Virus record (IMG/VR): IMGVR_UViG_3300048861_000253
Location: 1-44,201 of that record
DNA length: 44,201 bases
From: a virus
Lineage: Duplodnaviria > Caudoviricetes
Strand: one strand, 5' to 3'
Part shown: piece after piece, positions 15,825-25,849 of the stretch
Position numbering within the stretch: the first letter of the stretch is position 1
How the letters are laid out: the number at the start of each line of letters is the position of its first letter
Position numbers and translations under genes: made by a program
Notes under the pieces: generated by a model
Seen by the model: only the letters and a program-made list of their open reading frames with translations
What the model was told of the DNA's origin: nothing
Databases searched by the model: none

Positions 15825-16246
15825 AGCGGTCGACGCCGATCGCACGGAAGACGCCGATGAAGCGCTCGCCGTTCAAGACGGCGGACCGCGCGACATCACT
15901 GCGCCGGTCGACGCTGAAAGCGCGAGTGAAGAAGCCGACGGTGGCGGAGGGTTCGAAGTATCTCGCGGCCTGCCGCGGCGAACCGTGCTACCTGGGCGTG
16001 TTCGGCGTGTGCTGCGGTGACTGGTCGACGGTCGTTCCATGTCACAGCAACGAGAGCGAGCACGGAAAGGGCATGGGCATCAAGGCTAAGAACGAATTCA
16101 CCGTGCTGGGCTGCATGACCTGCCATCGGTGGCTCGATCAGTCCAACGCACCGCGCGAAGTGAAGTTCGGGACGTTCCGGTGCGCGTTGACGCGTTGGAA
16201 GCCGGTCCGCGACATAAAAATGGGATTGACGGAGAAAGAAGCATGA
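15821..16246 (+). CDS. DUF1364-like zinc-binding nuclease-fold protein
   Basis: RGEPC.L...G.C...TVVPCHSN...GKGMGIK...GC..CH.WLD. Confidence 0.8.
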   Translation: MKRSTPIARKTPMKRSPFKTADRATSLRRSTLKARVKKPTVAEGSKYLAACRGEPCYLGVFGVCCGDWSTVVPCHSNESEHGKGMGIKAKNEFTVLGCMTCHRWLDQSNAPREVKFGTFRCALTRWKPVRDIKMGLTEKEA

Positions 16247-16653
16247 GAACGATTGAACCGATGAAGCTGAATTTTCAGGTTCCGATGATCGGAATTTTTG
16301 TTGAGCGTTGGCCCTATCGGCGTCCGCACATGAAGTCTCGCGTGATCGAATACCGCGAAACGGACGGCATGGTGTACGGGCTCCGGAGAATCACCGAAAA
16401 GGATCATGGCGGCCAGCAATACAGGCTGAAAGTTCTGGCGTTCATCAAGCCAGGCTACGGCCACAACATCCCGAAAGAGGATTGGGTTACGGAAGACATC
16501 GCTTGGGTCAAATGCCTCTACGCGATGAACTGCAGCATCAAATCGGTTTCGGCTTACGCCATTGAGACGCTCGAAGCGTTCCGCGAAAGCAGCGATTTCG
16601 AATGGCTCGCCGCCGATGCACCGAGGCCCACCGCCAAAGGGGATGCAACGTGA
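16243..16653 (+). CDS. Hypothetical phage protein
   Basis: ATGA overlap with upstream gene. Confidence 0.65.
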   Translation: MRTIEPMKLNFQVPMIGIFVERWPYRRPHMKSRVIEYRETDGMVYGLRRITEKDHGGQQYRLKVLAFIKPGYGHNIPKEDWVTEDIAWVKCLYAMNCSIKSVSAYAIETLEAFRESSDFEWLAADAPRPTAKGDAT

Positions 16654-16736
16654 TCCCCGACAACTTCGATGCGATGTGGGTGGCGCTGGGCATCAAGCGC
16701 CGTGACTGGACGCAACCTGCACAGCAGAAGCTATGA
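16650..16736 (+). CDS. 28-aa micropeptide MIPDNFDAMWVALGIKRR...
   Basis: Exactly bridges two genes with GTGA and ATGA overlaps. Confidence 0.5.
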   Translation: MIPDNFDAMWVALGIKRRDWTQPAQQKL

Positions 16737-16966
16737 GCGCATTCGCATACATCGAGGCAGCGGACGTGCCGCGCCCACTGATGGATACCGCGGCGCGCCG
16801 CACCGTCGACGGCGACAAACTGATCGCCTTCATCGGTTGCGCGCTGACCGGCATCGAGCAGGACGACGGCGAGATCCAGTTCCCGTGCCCGCGCGCGCAG
16901 GAGATCCGCGACGCGCTCATCGGTTGGTTCTGGCACTGGGGCCTCTCATTCAGGGTGGAAATGTGA
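16733..16966 (+). CDS. Hypothetical phage protein (77 aa)
   Basis: Coupled overlaps on both sides. Confidence 0.7.
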   Translation: MSAFAYIEAADVPRPLMDTAARRTVDGDKLIAFIGCALTGIEQDDGEIQFPCPRAQEIRDALIGWFWHWGLSFRVEM

Positions 16967-17553
16967 TACCCCGCGCGCCGCGCGCCTTCCGCGATCCGCT
17001 CGTGCAGCTGATCGAGAAAGAGGGCAGCACCTGCAAAGGCTGCCCACACGAACGAACCTACGACTTCATCGGCACCATGCAAACCATCTGCGCCATCGGC
17101 AAGAATCACGGACATCGCTGCGAACAATACGGGAAGAGGACGAACATGACGACGAGCGCAATCGCCGCTGATGAGATCGACGCGGTGCTGACCGAGTGGT
17201 ACGAATGGAGTGAGGCGTACCAGCCCGCCGTTGGGTACGGCCGCGCGAGCGCGATGTTTCGCGACTGCCGCAGTAGCCGCCAGTGGATGAGCTATGACGA
17301 GCTGGGCGACGTGGTCGACAGCCGCTTGCGCGCGGCGACCGGCGAAGCTGTCGAGCCGATTGTCCAAACACTGTCGCTTCAGCATCGCATCGCGGTGATG
17401 ACAGCCGTGCGCAACTTCGTCGCCGGCGCGGTCGTGTTCACGAACCCGCGCAGTCCGATGACGCAGGAGCGCGACTATGCGGAGGCAAAGGCGGTCATGC
17501 GCCCGGCCCTGCTCGCGAAGGGTCTTCTGAGCACGCGTGCGCCGCTGGGTTGA
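16963..17553 (+). CDS. Putative late antiterminator Q-like protein with N-terminal Cys4 segment (alternative start 17146)
   Basis: Last early gene before pR'-like promoter; ID.VL.EW..W pattern; assignment mainly positional. Confidence 0.6.
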   Translation: MIPRAPRAFRDPLVQLIEKEGSTCKGCPHERTYDFIGTMQTICAIGKNHGHRCEQYGKRTNMTTSAIAADEIDAVLTEWYEWSEAYQPAVGYGRASAMFRDCRSSRQWMSYDELGDVVDSRLRAATGEAVEPIVQTLSLQHRIAVMTAVRNFVAGAVVFTNPRSPMTQERDYAEAKAVMRPALLAKGLLSTRAPLG

Positions 17554-17584
17554 TAAGCAAAAAAGTTTATTAAACTCCTTGCGT

Positions 17585-17606
17585 TGTTAAACAAAAATGT
17601 TTAACA
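17585..17606. promoter_or_regulatory. Probable HicB operator
   Basis: Perfect inverted repeat TGTTAAACA-AAAA-TGTTTAACA 30 bp upstream of hicA. Confidence 0.7.
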
Positions 17607-17636
17607 TGAATTCATGTTCAACAACACGGAGGGACG

Positions 17637-17813
17637 GTGAAGCAGAGCGAGTTCAAGAGGTGGCTCGCTGAACAGGGCGCGATCTTCAAGGAAGGTTCGA
17701 ATCACACGAAGGTCTACCTGAACGGCAAACAAACCACCCTGCCAAGGCATCCCGGCCACGAAATCGGGGAAGGACTGAGGCAGAAGATTTTGAAGCAACT
17801 CAGCCTGAAGTGA
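17637..17813 (+). CDS. hicA: HicA toxin (58 aa)
   Basis: Hand translation MKQSEFKRWLAEQGAIFKEGSNHTKVYLNGKQTTLPRHP...; G-S-N-H motif; GGAGG RBS, GTG start. Confidence 0.92.
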   Translation: MKQSEFKRWLAEQGAIFKEGSNHTKVYLNGKQTTLPRHPGHEIGEGLRQKILKQLSLK

Positions 17814-17869
17814 GAGGGAGCCCCGGAAGGGGCTTTCTCCGCACCGTTTCTCAAGCAATGGAGTGCATT

Positions 17870-18286
17870 ATGCTGCGTTACCCCGCACTGTTCGAACCGG
17901 ATGGATCCGGCTTCGTTGTCTCGTTCCGCGATATTCCGGAAGCGCTGACCCAAGGCGAAACACTCGGTGAAGCGCGCGCGATGGCGGCTGACGCGCTGCT
18001 TACGGCGATGGATTTCTACTTCGAGGACAGGCGGCCCGTTCCGTCGCCGTCGAAGGCGAAGAAGGGCGAGGAGTTGGTCGCGCTACCCCCCAGCGTGTCA
18101 GCCAAGATCCTGCTGCTCAACGAGATGATCGCTCAAGGCGTCACGCCCTCTGAACTCGCCCGTCGGCTCAATACGCGCCCGCAGGACGTCAACCGCATCA
18201 TGCTGCTGAATCATGCGACGAAGATCGACACGATTGCCCAGGCGCTGTCCGTGCTAGGCAAGCAGTTGGAGATCAGCGTCGCGTAA
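17870..18286 (+). CDS. hicB: HicB antitoxin with C-terminal HTH
   Basis: YP...VSFRDIPEALTQG.T..EA; SELARRL...Q.V.R...HATKIDTI. Confidence 0.93.
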   Translation: MLRYPALFEPDGSGFVVSFRDIPEALTQGETLGEARAMAADALLTAMDFYFEDRRPVPSPSKAKKGEELVALPPSVSAKILLLNEMIAQGVTPSELARRLNTRPQDVNRIMLLNHATKIDTIAQALSVLGKQLEISVA

Positions 18287-18294
18287 ATGAGGGG

Positions 18295-18323
18295 TTGTAA
18301 ACCCGTTCGTATTGTCGTAGTAT
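18295..18323 (+). promoter_or_regulatory. pR'-like late promoter
   Basis: TTGTAA-17-TAGTAT followed about 30 nt later by a terminator. Confidence 0.6.
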
Positions 18324-18352
18324 TCGCGCGTGGGGCGTTCGCTCGCCCAAAG

Positions 18353-18388
18353 AAAAGCCCGCTCGGTTCACGCCGCGCGGGCTTTTTT
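18353..18388. terminator. tR'-like, probably bidirectional terminator
   Basis: AAAAGCCCGC...GCGGGCTTTTTT. Confidence 0.8.
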
Positions 18389-18389
18389 A

Positions 18390-18584
18390 TTACCCTTGGT
18401 GCTCCAGTGCCTTAGCTAGGCCGTTCACCAACGTCGCCAGATATTGAGCGTCCGCGGCTCCATACGCCGCAGCGTTCGTAGTGTTAGACGGAGATCCGAG
18501 CAGCTTGAGTGCGCCGCTTTGCGCCGCAGCCGTGATGATTTCGACGGCGGCTTTCGTTGCCCCAGTTTCGTTGAGATATGCCAT
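18390..18584 (-). CDS. Antisense Ala-rich hypothetical protein (64 aa)
   Basis: AAAGGA RBS; ends exactly at the terminator. Confidence 0.65.
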   Translation of the reverse strand: MAYLNETGATKAAVEIITAAAQSGALKLLGSPSNTTNAAAYGAADAQYLATLVNGLAKALEHQG

Positions 18585-18633
18585 TTCTTTTCCTTTGAAT
18601 GTGCCGGTCCACCCGGCGCACGAATTCTACGAT

Positions 18634-18987
18634 ATGCCGACCAGACCAATGCGCCCATGCAAGCATCGCGGGTGCAGCGCTCTCGTGCCTGATGGCAAGA
18701 CGTACTGCGAACAACACGCGAGCGAGGAAGTGAAGTGGAAGCCCGACTCGGTGCGCGGAAATCGCCACGCACGCGGCTATGGAAATGCATGGGTCAAGCG
18801 TCGTGACCGCATCCTGCTGCGTGACTGCGGTCTTTGTCAGGTCTGCCGTCGTGCAGGCCGCGTCAGGGTGGCGACCGAGGTCGATCACATCGTGCCGAAG
18901 GCGCAAGGTGGCACCGACGACGACGAGAACCTGCGGTCGATCTGCCGAGGCTGCCATAAGACGAAGACCGGCAGCGAACGCCGGTGA
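18634..18987 (+). CDS. Packaging-associated HNH endonuclease
   Basis: CQVC...VDHIVP..QGG.D...NL..IC..CH..KT; upstream of terS. Confidence 0.9.
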   Translation: MPTRPMRPCKHRGCSALVPDGKTYCEQHASEEVKWKPDSVRGNRHARGYGNAWVKRRDRILLRDCGLCQVCRRAGRVRVATEVDHIVPKAQGGTDDDENLRSICRGCHKTKTGSERR

Positions 18988-19333
18988 CGTCTAGGTAATA
19001 AGGCTCAGTTAACTTTATAAAAACACTCGCGGAAAGCATCGCGAGGGCTCTGGACTGCCTCATATATGAGCACGTCGCGCGATCTGGTGGAACTGTTGCG
19101 TGAAACCAACGAAATCGCCATGAAAACGCACCAATTTTGTGCGAATGGCAGAGTTTACCGATAGAGAGGGGAGGGTCGGTCGAAAGTCTGAGCCTATCGG
19201 GCTTGGGACCGACCGTTCCGTCAAATTTTCACGACCGCGAAAAATGAAAATCGGTTTTCGCCTCGCGCGGCTGGGTCGCGCGTAAAAGTTACAACGGCAG
19301 CACGCCGAAAATGGTTGCACAACGGAGAAGAAA

Positions 19334-19813
19334 ATGGCCGGTGTCAAAGGCCGCTCCGGGCGCCGCGCCAAGCCCACGGCCAAAAAGGAACTGGCCGGCA
19401 ATCCGGGCAAGCGGGCGCTGAATAAAGACGAACCCGATTACGGTCACGTCACGAATATCGAGTGCCCGGTGTGGATCGAGGGTTACGCGGCTGAGATGTG
19501 GGAGCGCGTCGCGCCGTCTCTGTGCAAGCACCGAATTGTGCAGGTCACGGATCTGCACAACCTCGAAGTCTTCTGTGAAGCGTACGGGCGACACAGGCTC
19601 GCGAGCGAGGATCTTCGCAAAAACGGCCTGGTCGTCGTGAGCGCACAGGGGGCGCCGATGAAGAATCCGGCCGCGACGATCCAGAACGAGGCCGCGCGGC
19701 AGATGGCGACGTTCGGCGCGCTGCTCGGGCTCGATCCTTCGAGCCGCCAGAACATGGTTGGCGGCGGCAACAAGAAGGCCGACAACCCATTCGGCGCACT
19801 GCTCGGCAGCTAA
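19334..19813 (+). CDS. terS: Terminase small subunit (P27 family)
   Basis: KPTA.K.L.GNPGKR; KNPA; LGLDPSSR. Confidence 0.92.
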   Translation: MAGVKGRSGRRAKPTAKKELAGNPGKRALNKDEPDYGHVTNIECPVWIEGYAAEMWERVAPSLCKHRIVQVTDLHNLEVFCEAYGRHRLASEDLRKNGLVVVSAQGAPMKNPAATIQNEAARQMATFGALLGLDPSSRQNMVGGGNKKADNPFGALLGS

Positions 19814-19818
19814 AACAC

Positions 19819-21540
19819 ATGGCGACAACGTATCCGCGCGTGGAGCAAGGGCTCCAGTTCGCGCGCGACGTCGTGCGCGGCAAGCGCCCGGCGGGCCGTC
19901 TCGTCGTGCTGGCGTGTCAGCGACACCTCGACGATCTCGCGGCGAGCCGCAAGAAGGAATTCCGTTGGAAGTTCGACGCGGCGACAGCAGAGAAGAAGCT
20001 GGCGCTGATCGAACTGATGCCGCATACGAAAGGCGAGTGGGCGTTCAAGCGCCAGCTCGTGACGCTCGAGCCGTGGCAGAAATTCGGGCTTATGTGCACG
20101 TTTGGGTGGCTGAACAAGCGCACGAACAAGCGCCGGTTCCGCGAAAGCTACTGGGAAGTGCCGCGAAAGAACGGTAAATCCGTAATCGCGGCGGGCGTCG
20201 GCATCGGGATGTTCGTTCTCGACGACGAGTTCGGCGCCGAGGTGTACGCCGGCGCGACGACTGAGAAGCAAGCGTGGGAGGTGTTTCGGCCCGCGCGGCT
20301 GATGGTGAAGCGCTCGCCGCTGCTGATTGAGGCCGCTGGCATCGAGGTGAACGCCTCGAATATGAATAAGCCGGAGGACGGCAGCCGCTTCGAGCCGCTG
20401 ATCGGCAATCCGGGTGACGGCGCATCGCCGTCGTGTGCGATCGTCGACGAGTATCACGAGCACGATAGCTCGTCGCTGTATGAAACGATGCTAACAGGCA
20501 TGGGCGCGCGCCGTCAGCCGCTGATGTTCATCATCACGACGGCCGGCGCGAACATCGAAGGCCCGTGCTACGACAAGCGGCGGCAGACGATCGAGATGCT
20601 TGAGGGCACGGTGCCCGACGACGAGCTTTTCGGCTGGATCTGGACGATCGACGAAGGCGACGACTGGACGGACCCGCGCGTGCTGGCGAAAGCCAACCCG
20701 AACATCGGCATTTCGGTCTATCAGGACTATCTGGAGAGCCAGCAGCAGCGCGCGATCAAGTCCGCACGTTTCACGAACACGTTCAAAACGAAGCACTTGA
20801 ATGTGTGGACGTCTGCGAAGGCGGGTTTCTTCAACCTCGAAGACTGGAAGAGCTGCGAGGATTCGACGCTCACACTGGAGCGATTTGAGGGGCAGGACTG
20901 CATTCTGTCGCTCGACTTGGCGCGGAAGCTGGACTTGAACAGCATGGCGCGGCTCTTCTGGCGCGACATCGACGGCCGGCGGCACTATTACAGCGTCGGC
21001 CCGCGCTTCTGGGTGCCCGAAGACACGGTGAAGAACACCGAAAACCGCCGGATGGCCGAGCGTTATCAGAAGTGGGTCAACACGGGCCATCTGTTTGAAA
21101 CGGCTGGCGCGGAAATCGACTATCGCGACATCCAGCACGAAGCGGTCTTGTCGAATCACAGTTGCCCGGTGCAGTGCGTCCCAATGGACCCACACGGCGC
21201 GACGAACCTAGCGCACCAGCTTGAGGATGAGGGGCTTACGCCGGTGACCATCATCCAGAACTACACGAACATGTCCGATCCGATGAAGGAACTGGAGGCC
21301 GCGATCACCTCGGGCCGGTTCCATCACGACGGTAACCCGATCATGACCTGGTGCGTGAGCAACGTAGTCGGGAAGAACCTGCCGGGCAACGACGACGTCG
21401 TGCGTCCGATCAAGCAGGGTAACGACAACAAAATCGACGGCGCCGTGGCGCTGATTATGGCGATTGGTCGAGCGATGCTCGCCGGACAGGATCCCGATTT
21501 GGACGGGTTCACGTCCAATCCGATCGTCGTCCAATGGTAG
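19819..21540 (+). CDS. terL: Terminase large subunit
   Basis: VPRKNGKS Walker A, IVDEYH Walker B, ITTAG, KIDGAVA. Confidence 0.96.
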   Translation: MATTYPRVEQGLQFARDVVRGKRPAGRLVVLACQRHLDDLAASRKKEFRWKFDAATAEKKLALIELMPHTKGEWAFKRQLVTLEPWQKFGLMCTFGWLNKRTNKRRFRESYWEVPRKNGKSVIAAGVGIGMFVLDDEFGAEVYAGATTEKQAWEVFRPARLMVKRSPLLIEAAGIEVNASNMNKPEDGSRFEPLIGNPGDGASPSCAIVDEYHEHDSSSLYETMLTGMGARRQPLMFIITTAGANIEGPCYDKRRQTIEMLEGTVPDDELFGWIWTIDEGDDWTDPRVLAKANPNIGISVYQDYLESQQQRAIKSARFTNTFKTKHLNVWTSAKAGFFNLEDWKSCEDSTLTLERFEGQDCILSLDLARKLDLNSMARLFWRDIDGRRHYYSVGPRFWVPEDTVKNTENRRMAERYQKWVNTGHLFETAGAEIDYRDIQHEAVLSNHSCPVQCVPMDPHGATNLAHQLEDEGLTPVTIIQNYTNMSDPMKELEAAITSGRFHHDGNPIMTWCVSNVVGKNLPGNDDVVRPIKQGNDNKIDGAVALIMAIGRAMLAGQDPDLDGFTSNPIVVQW

Positions 21541-21562
21541 CCGCCGCCCGAACAGGAACCCG

Positions 21563-22885
21563 ATGAAGACGAAGATTGGACCATTGGCGCGAGTGAAGGC
21601 CGCGTTGATAAGCACCGTCACGTCTACGCAAAGCACCCTCATTTCGCTCACGGACGGCAGCTTTTTTGCGCGGTTCTTCGGCACGTCGAGTGCATCGGGC
21701 GCGATCGTGAGCACCGACTCAGCGCTGCGCGTCGCGACGGTTTGGCGATGCATCAACCTGATTGCCGGTGCGATCGCTACGTTGCCGATCAACGTGTACC
21801 AGGACAACGCGGACGGTGCGGGCCGCGTCATCGCGAGCAACCATCCGCTGCAGTTCCTGCTGCACAGCGAGCCGAACAATGAGCAGACAGCGGTCGAATT
21901 CTTCGAGTTCATCCTGCTAAGCCTGTTGCTGGCGGGCAATGCGTATGTCTGGAAGCAATACAACAGCGGCGTCGGCGGCAGCCGGCGAATTTTGAATCTG
22001 ATTCCGCTTGTGCCGATCCGCGTATCGGTGAATCGGCAGAACGACAACTCTTTGCGCTACGACTACGTCGATTTCAACGGCAACGTGTATCGAGGGCTGT
22101 CGAAGGACGACATCCTGCACATTAAGGGGCCGTCGCTCGATGGCTTCTTGGGGCTGTCGCCGCTCAGCTACGCGCGCGAGGTGATCGGTACAACGATCGC
22201 CGCAAACACCGCGGGTGCAACGGTATTCAAGAACGGCCTGAAAGCGTCGGGCGTTCTCCAGAGCGACCAGATCTTGACGCCGAAGCAGCGCGAGGATCTC
22301 AGGGCGAACATGAACACGTTCGGCGCCACGAATGGCGGCGGCGTGATGACGCTCGAAGCGGGCTTCAAGTATCAGCAGATCACGATGTCACCGGCCGACG
22401 CGCAACTGCTGGACACGCAGAAATTCAACGTCGAGGAAATCTGCCGCTGGTTCGGCGTGCCGCCGCACATGGTCGGCAGCACATCGAACTCGACGTCGTG
22501 GGGTTCCGGCCTCGAACAGCAGACGCTCGGCTTCTTGACGTACTGCCTGCGGCCGTGGATCGCGCGCATCGAGGATGCGATCAAGCGCAGCTGCTTCAGC
22601 GACGCCGAGAAGGCGCGCGGGCTCTATGCCGAGTTCAGTGTCGAAGGCCTACTGCGCACGGATAGCGCCGCGCGAGCCTCGTACTACTCGAGCATGACGC
22701 AGAACGGCATTTATACGCGCGACGAGGTGCGCCGTCTCGAAAACATGCCGCCGAAGGGCGGAAACGCCGAGGTCTTGACGGTGCAATCGGCGCTCATGCC
22801 GCTCGACAAGCTCGGCGAGGCGACGCAAGCCGCCCCGTCGAAGCTTGAGCAAACGGATCCCGTCGAGGAAACCAGGAAGGTCTGA
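21563..22885 (+). CDS. HK97-family portal protein
   Basis: VWRCI.LIA..IA.LP, ILHIK, GLSPL, EEICRWFGVPP, T.DEVR..EN.PP. Confidence 0.95.
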   Translation: MKTKIGPLARVKAALISTVTSTQSTLISLTDGSFFARFFGTSSASGAIVSTDSALRVATVWRCINLIAGAIATLPINVYQDNADGAGRVIASNHPLQFLLHSEPNNEQTAVEFFEFILLSLLLAGNAYVWKQYNSGVGGSRRILNLIPLVPIRVSVNRQNDNSLRYDYVDFNGNVYRGLSKDDILHIKGPSLDGFLGLSPLSYAREVIGTTIAANTAGATVFKNGLKASGVLQSDQILTPKQREDLRANMNTFGATNGGGVMTLEAGFKYQQITMSPADAQLLDTQKFNVEEICRWFGVPPHMVGSTSNSTSWGSGLEQQTLGFLTYCLRPWIARIEDAIKRSCFSDAEKARGLYAEFSVEGLLRTDSAARASYYSSMTQNGIYTRDEVRRLENMPPKGGNAEVLTVQSALMPLDKLGEATQAAPSKLEQTDPVEETRKV

Positions 22886-22886
22886 T

Positions 22887-23543
22887 ATGCAAATTCAAAC
22901 GAAATCGATCGAATTCAAGGCCGATTCGCTGACCGATCAGGGCACGTTTTCGGGCTACGGCAGCGTATTCGGCAACGTCGATAGCTGGGATGACATTGTC
23001 GCGCCCGGAGCGTTCACGAAGAGCCTGCAGAGCCTCGCAAGCAAGGGTCGTTCGGTGCCCATCCTGTGGCAACACGACACCGAGAATCCGATCGGCGTGT
23101 GGAGCGGTCTGAAGGAAGACAGCGTCGGCCTGTTCGGCGACGGCGCACTCTGGCTCGACGACACGCCGACGGCGAAACTTGCCTACAAGGGCATGTCGGC
23201 GCGCGCGATCACCGGTCTGTCGATCGGCTACATCACGCGATCGGCCGATTACGACCAGAAAACGGGGATTCGCACGCTGAAAGAGCTCGACTTGCTCGAA
23301 ATAAGCGTTGTCACGAATCCGGCGAATGATGAGGCGCGCATCACGAATTTCAAATCGCGCATTGCAGAAGGGTCGCTCACCGAGCGCGACTTCGAGAACA
23401 TCCTGCGGGACGCTGGATTTTCTCGGTCCGAGGCGGTGGCGATCACGAATCACGGCTTCAAGAGTTTGCTCCAGCGGGATGCTGGCGTGCGAAGCGACGA
23501 AATCAAAGCAGTTTTCGATGCTTTCAGCATCGCCAAAATCTAA
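22887..23543 (+). CDS. HK97-family prohead protease
   Basis: FSGYGSVF, LWQHD..PIG, GLSIGY, EISVVT.PAN. Confidence 0.95.
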   Translation: MQIQTKSIEFKADSLTDQGTFSGYGSVFGNVDSWDDIVAPGAFTKSLQSLASKGRSVPILWQHDTENPIGVWSGLKEDSVGLFGDGALWLDDTPTAKLAYKGMSARAITGLSIGYITRSADYDQKTGIRTLKELDLLEISVVTNPANDEARITNFKSRIAEGSLTERDFENILRDAGFSRSEAVAITNHGFKSLLQRDAGVRSDEIKAVFDAFSIAKI

Positions 23544-23558
23544 CTCTGGAGAGTCCAC

Positions 23559-24749
23559 ATGGACGCAGCAGAAATCAAAGCGGGTCTGGACAAGATCAAC
23601 GATCAGATCCGCGAGCACGGCGAGAAAGCTCTCGCTGAAGCGAAGAAAGGTCTCGACATGGCCAACGGCCAGAAAGAGCGCATCGACGAGATGCTCGTGA
23701 AGCAGGGCGAGCTTCAATCGCAGATGGATGCGATGGAGAAGAAGTACGGCCCGGGCGCGAACGGTGGTCGCGGCGAGCAGAAGTCGATCGGACGTCAGTT
23801 CGTCGAGTCGGATCAGTTCAAGGCAATCGCCGGTGGCCAGCGCGGCGCTCCGGCGAATCTGTCGGTCAAGGCAATCACGAGCGCGACCACGGCGAACACG
23901 GACGGCAACGGCGGCGTGACGGTGTTCTCGCAGCGACTGCAAGGCGTCCAGATGCTCCCGGATCGCCCGCTGACCATTCGCGACCTGCTCGCGCCGGGCA
24001 CGACGAACTCGAACACCATCGAGTACATCAAGGAAACCGGCTTCACGAACAATGCCGCCATCCAGGCGACGGAAGGTGCGACGAAGGCTGAGTCGACGAT
24101 GCAGTTCGGCCCGGCGAACGCCCACGTCGTGACGATCGCCCACTTCATGAAGGCGTCGAAGCAGATTCTCGATGATTCGCCGCAGCTCGAATCGATCATC
24201 GACAACCGCCTGCGTTACGGCCTCGAATACGCCGAAGAGCAGGAAATCCTGTTCGGCTCGGGCACGTCCGGTCATCTGAACGGCGTCTACACGCAAGCCA
24301 CCGCCTATGCGGCGCCGGCTGGCGTGACCGTGGCGAATCAGAACTACGTGGACACGCTGCGTCTTGCGATGCTGCAAGCCGCACTCGCGCTCTATCCGGT
24401 CACCGGTTTCGTGCTGAATCCGACCGACTGGGCGCAGGTCGAACTGACCAAGGATTCGCAAGGCCGATACATCTTCGTGTCGCCTGGCGCATCGGCTCAG
24501 CCGTCGTTGTGGGGCCGCACTGTGGTCGAGTCGCTCGCGATGACGGTTGGCCAGTTCCTGACCGGTGCGTTCAAGCAGGCGGCGCAGATTTTCGATCGCG
24601 AGCAGGCGAACGTGCTGCTGTCGAGCGAAGACGGCAACAACTTCACGACCAACATGGTCACGATCCGCGGCGAAGAGCGTCTCGCCCTTGCTGTGTATCG
24701 CCCCGAGTCGTTCATCAAGGGCGCTCTCGCTCCGGCAAGCGGTGGTTAA
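23559..24749 (+). CDS. HK97-fold major capsid protein
   Basis: N-terminal coiled-coil delta domain; SKQILDD, LFGSG, LNP.DW, EERLAL.V.RP..F. Confidence 0.95.
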   Translation: MDAAEIKAGLDKINDQIREHGEKALAEAKKGLDMANGQKERIDEMLVKQGELQSQMDAMEKKYGPGANGGRGEQKSIGRQFVESDQFKAIAGGQRGAPANLSVKAITSATTANTDGNGGVTVFSQRLQGVQMLPDRPLTIRDLLAPGTTNSNTIEYIKETGFTNNAAIQATEGATKAESTMQFGPANAHVVTIAHFMKASKQILDDSPQLESIIDNRLRYGLEYAEEQEILFGSGTSGHLNGVYTQATAYAAPAGVTVANQNYVDTLRLAMLQAALALYPVTGFVLNPTDWAQVELTKDSQGRYIFVSPGASAQPSLWGRTVVESLAMTVGQFLTGAFKQAAQIFDREQANVLLSSEDGNNFTTNMVTIRGEERLALAVYRPESFIKGALAPASGG

Positions 24750-24806
24750 GCAGTGAACATCGCGCGCCAGCGCACCGCTGGCGCGCGGCTCAAAAAGGAG
24801 GTCGAC

Positions 24807-24986
24807 TTGAAGATCAAAGCGAAGATCCTGCATCCGTTTCAGCACGACCGCTTCTATAAGCAGGGCGAAGTCGTTGAGATGCACAAACCCATGTTCGACG
24901 ATCTGCTGCCGCAAGGGCTGGTCGAAGAAGTGAAGGTTCGAACGTCTGAAGACGTCGAAACGAAGACGACGAGGAAGGCGAAGTAA
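24807..24986 (+). CDS. Small head-region protein
   Basis: AAGGAGG RBS with TTG start; basic C-terminus. Confidence 0.65.
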   Translation: MKIKAKILHPFQHDRFYKQGEVVEMHKPMFDDLLPQGLVEEVKVRTSEDVETKTTRKAK

Positions 24987-25348
24987 TGGCCGATCCGACG
25001 CCCATCATCTCGACCGAACAGGCGCTCGCGCACCTGCGCGTCGACGCGGGCACTGAGGACGCCATCATCGCGTTGTACATCAGCGCCGCCGTGCAGTCCG
25101 CGTCCGACTTTCTGAATCGACAGATATACGAGAACGCCGACGACATGGCTGCCGCCGTGCTTGCCGGCACGGCTGGCGACGATCCGATCGTCATCAACGA
25201 CGCTGTGCGCGCAGCGATCTTGCTGATTCTCGGCAAGCTCCACGCCTATCGGGAAGATGTCGTTGTCGGCACCGCGTCGAGCGTCATGGAGTTGCCGGCC
25301 GGTTCGAAGCAACTGCTGTTTCCGTATCGCACGGGGCTCGGCGTCTGA
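24986..25348 (+). CDS. Head-tail connector (gp6-like)
   Basis: HLRVD...ED..I..YI.AA; AILL.....Y.RE; LL.PYR. Confidence 0.9.
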   Translation: MADPTPIISTEQALAHLRVDAGTEDAIIALYISAAVQSASDFLNRQIYENADDMAAAVLAGTAGDDPIVINDAVRAAILLILGKLHAYREDVVVGTASSVMELPAGSKQLLFPYRTGLGV

Positions 25349-25674
25349 TGCGCGCGGGCGATCTGAACCGGCGCGTGCGCATCGAGCGCAACGGCGGCGG
25401 ATTCGACGACATTGGGCAGCCGATCGAAGGCTGGACGGAAGTCGCGACGGTATGGGGCAACGTCCGCATGCTGACCGGTAAGGAAACGCTAACGTCGGAC
25501 GCCGATGTCGGCACCGCGTCGGCGAGCATCCGGATTCGGTACCGGACGGACATCACGAACGGCATGCGCGCCATCGTCGACGGTGTCGTGTTCAACATCG
25601 GTGCGCCGCTGCCGGATCTCGCGGGCCGCGAGTACGTCGATCTGCCGTGCACGACAGGAGCAAACAATGGCTGA
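25348..25674 (+). CDS. Head closure protein
   Basis: MRAG.L..RV.I, W..VATVW, IRYR.DI. Confidence 0.9.
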   Translation: MRAGDLNRRVRIERNGGGFDDIGQPIEGWTEVATVWGNVRMLTGKETLTSDADVGTASASIRIRYRTDITNGMRAIVDGVVFNIGAPLPDLAGREYVDLPCTTGANNG

Positions 25675-25849
25675 AATCGCGATGACCGCGATGTATGGCA
25701 AGGGTCGCGAGTTAAACGATCTGCTGCGTCGCGAGCTTGGCATTCCGGCCGGCGTGCAGTGGTTCGAAGTCCGGTTTGGCATGGACGAACTGGTCACGGT
25801 GAAGTGCCAGTACGTCCCTCGCCCGCGCGACGAAGATGGCAAGCGCTGA
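25667..25849 (+). CDS. Hypothetical 60-aa protein in neck region
   Basis: AGGAG RBS; overlaps both neighbours. Confidence 0.6.
   Translation: MAEIAMTAMYGKGRELNDLLRRELGIPAGVQWFEVRFGMDELVTVKCQYVPRPRDEDGKR

Noticed and set aside
19066-19164. 32-codon ORF in AT-richer insert after HNH
   Set aside because: No clear RBS or motif; may be a remnant
22794-24914. 706-aa antisense ORF
   Set aside because: Mirror of protease and capsid genes caused by codon bias
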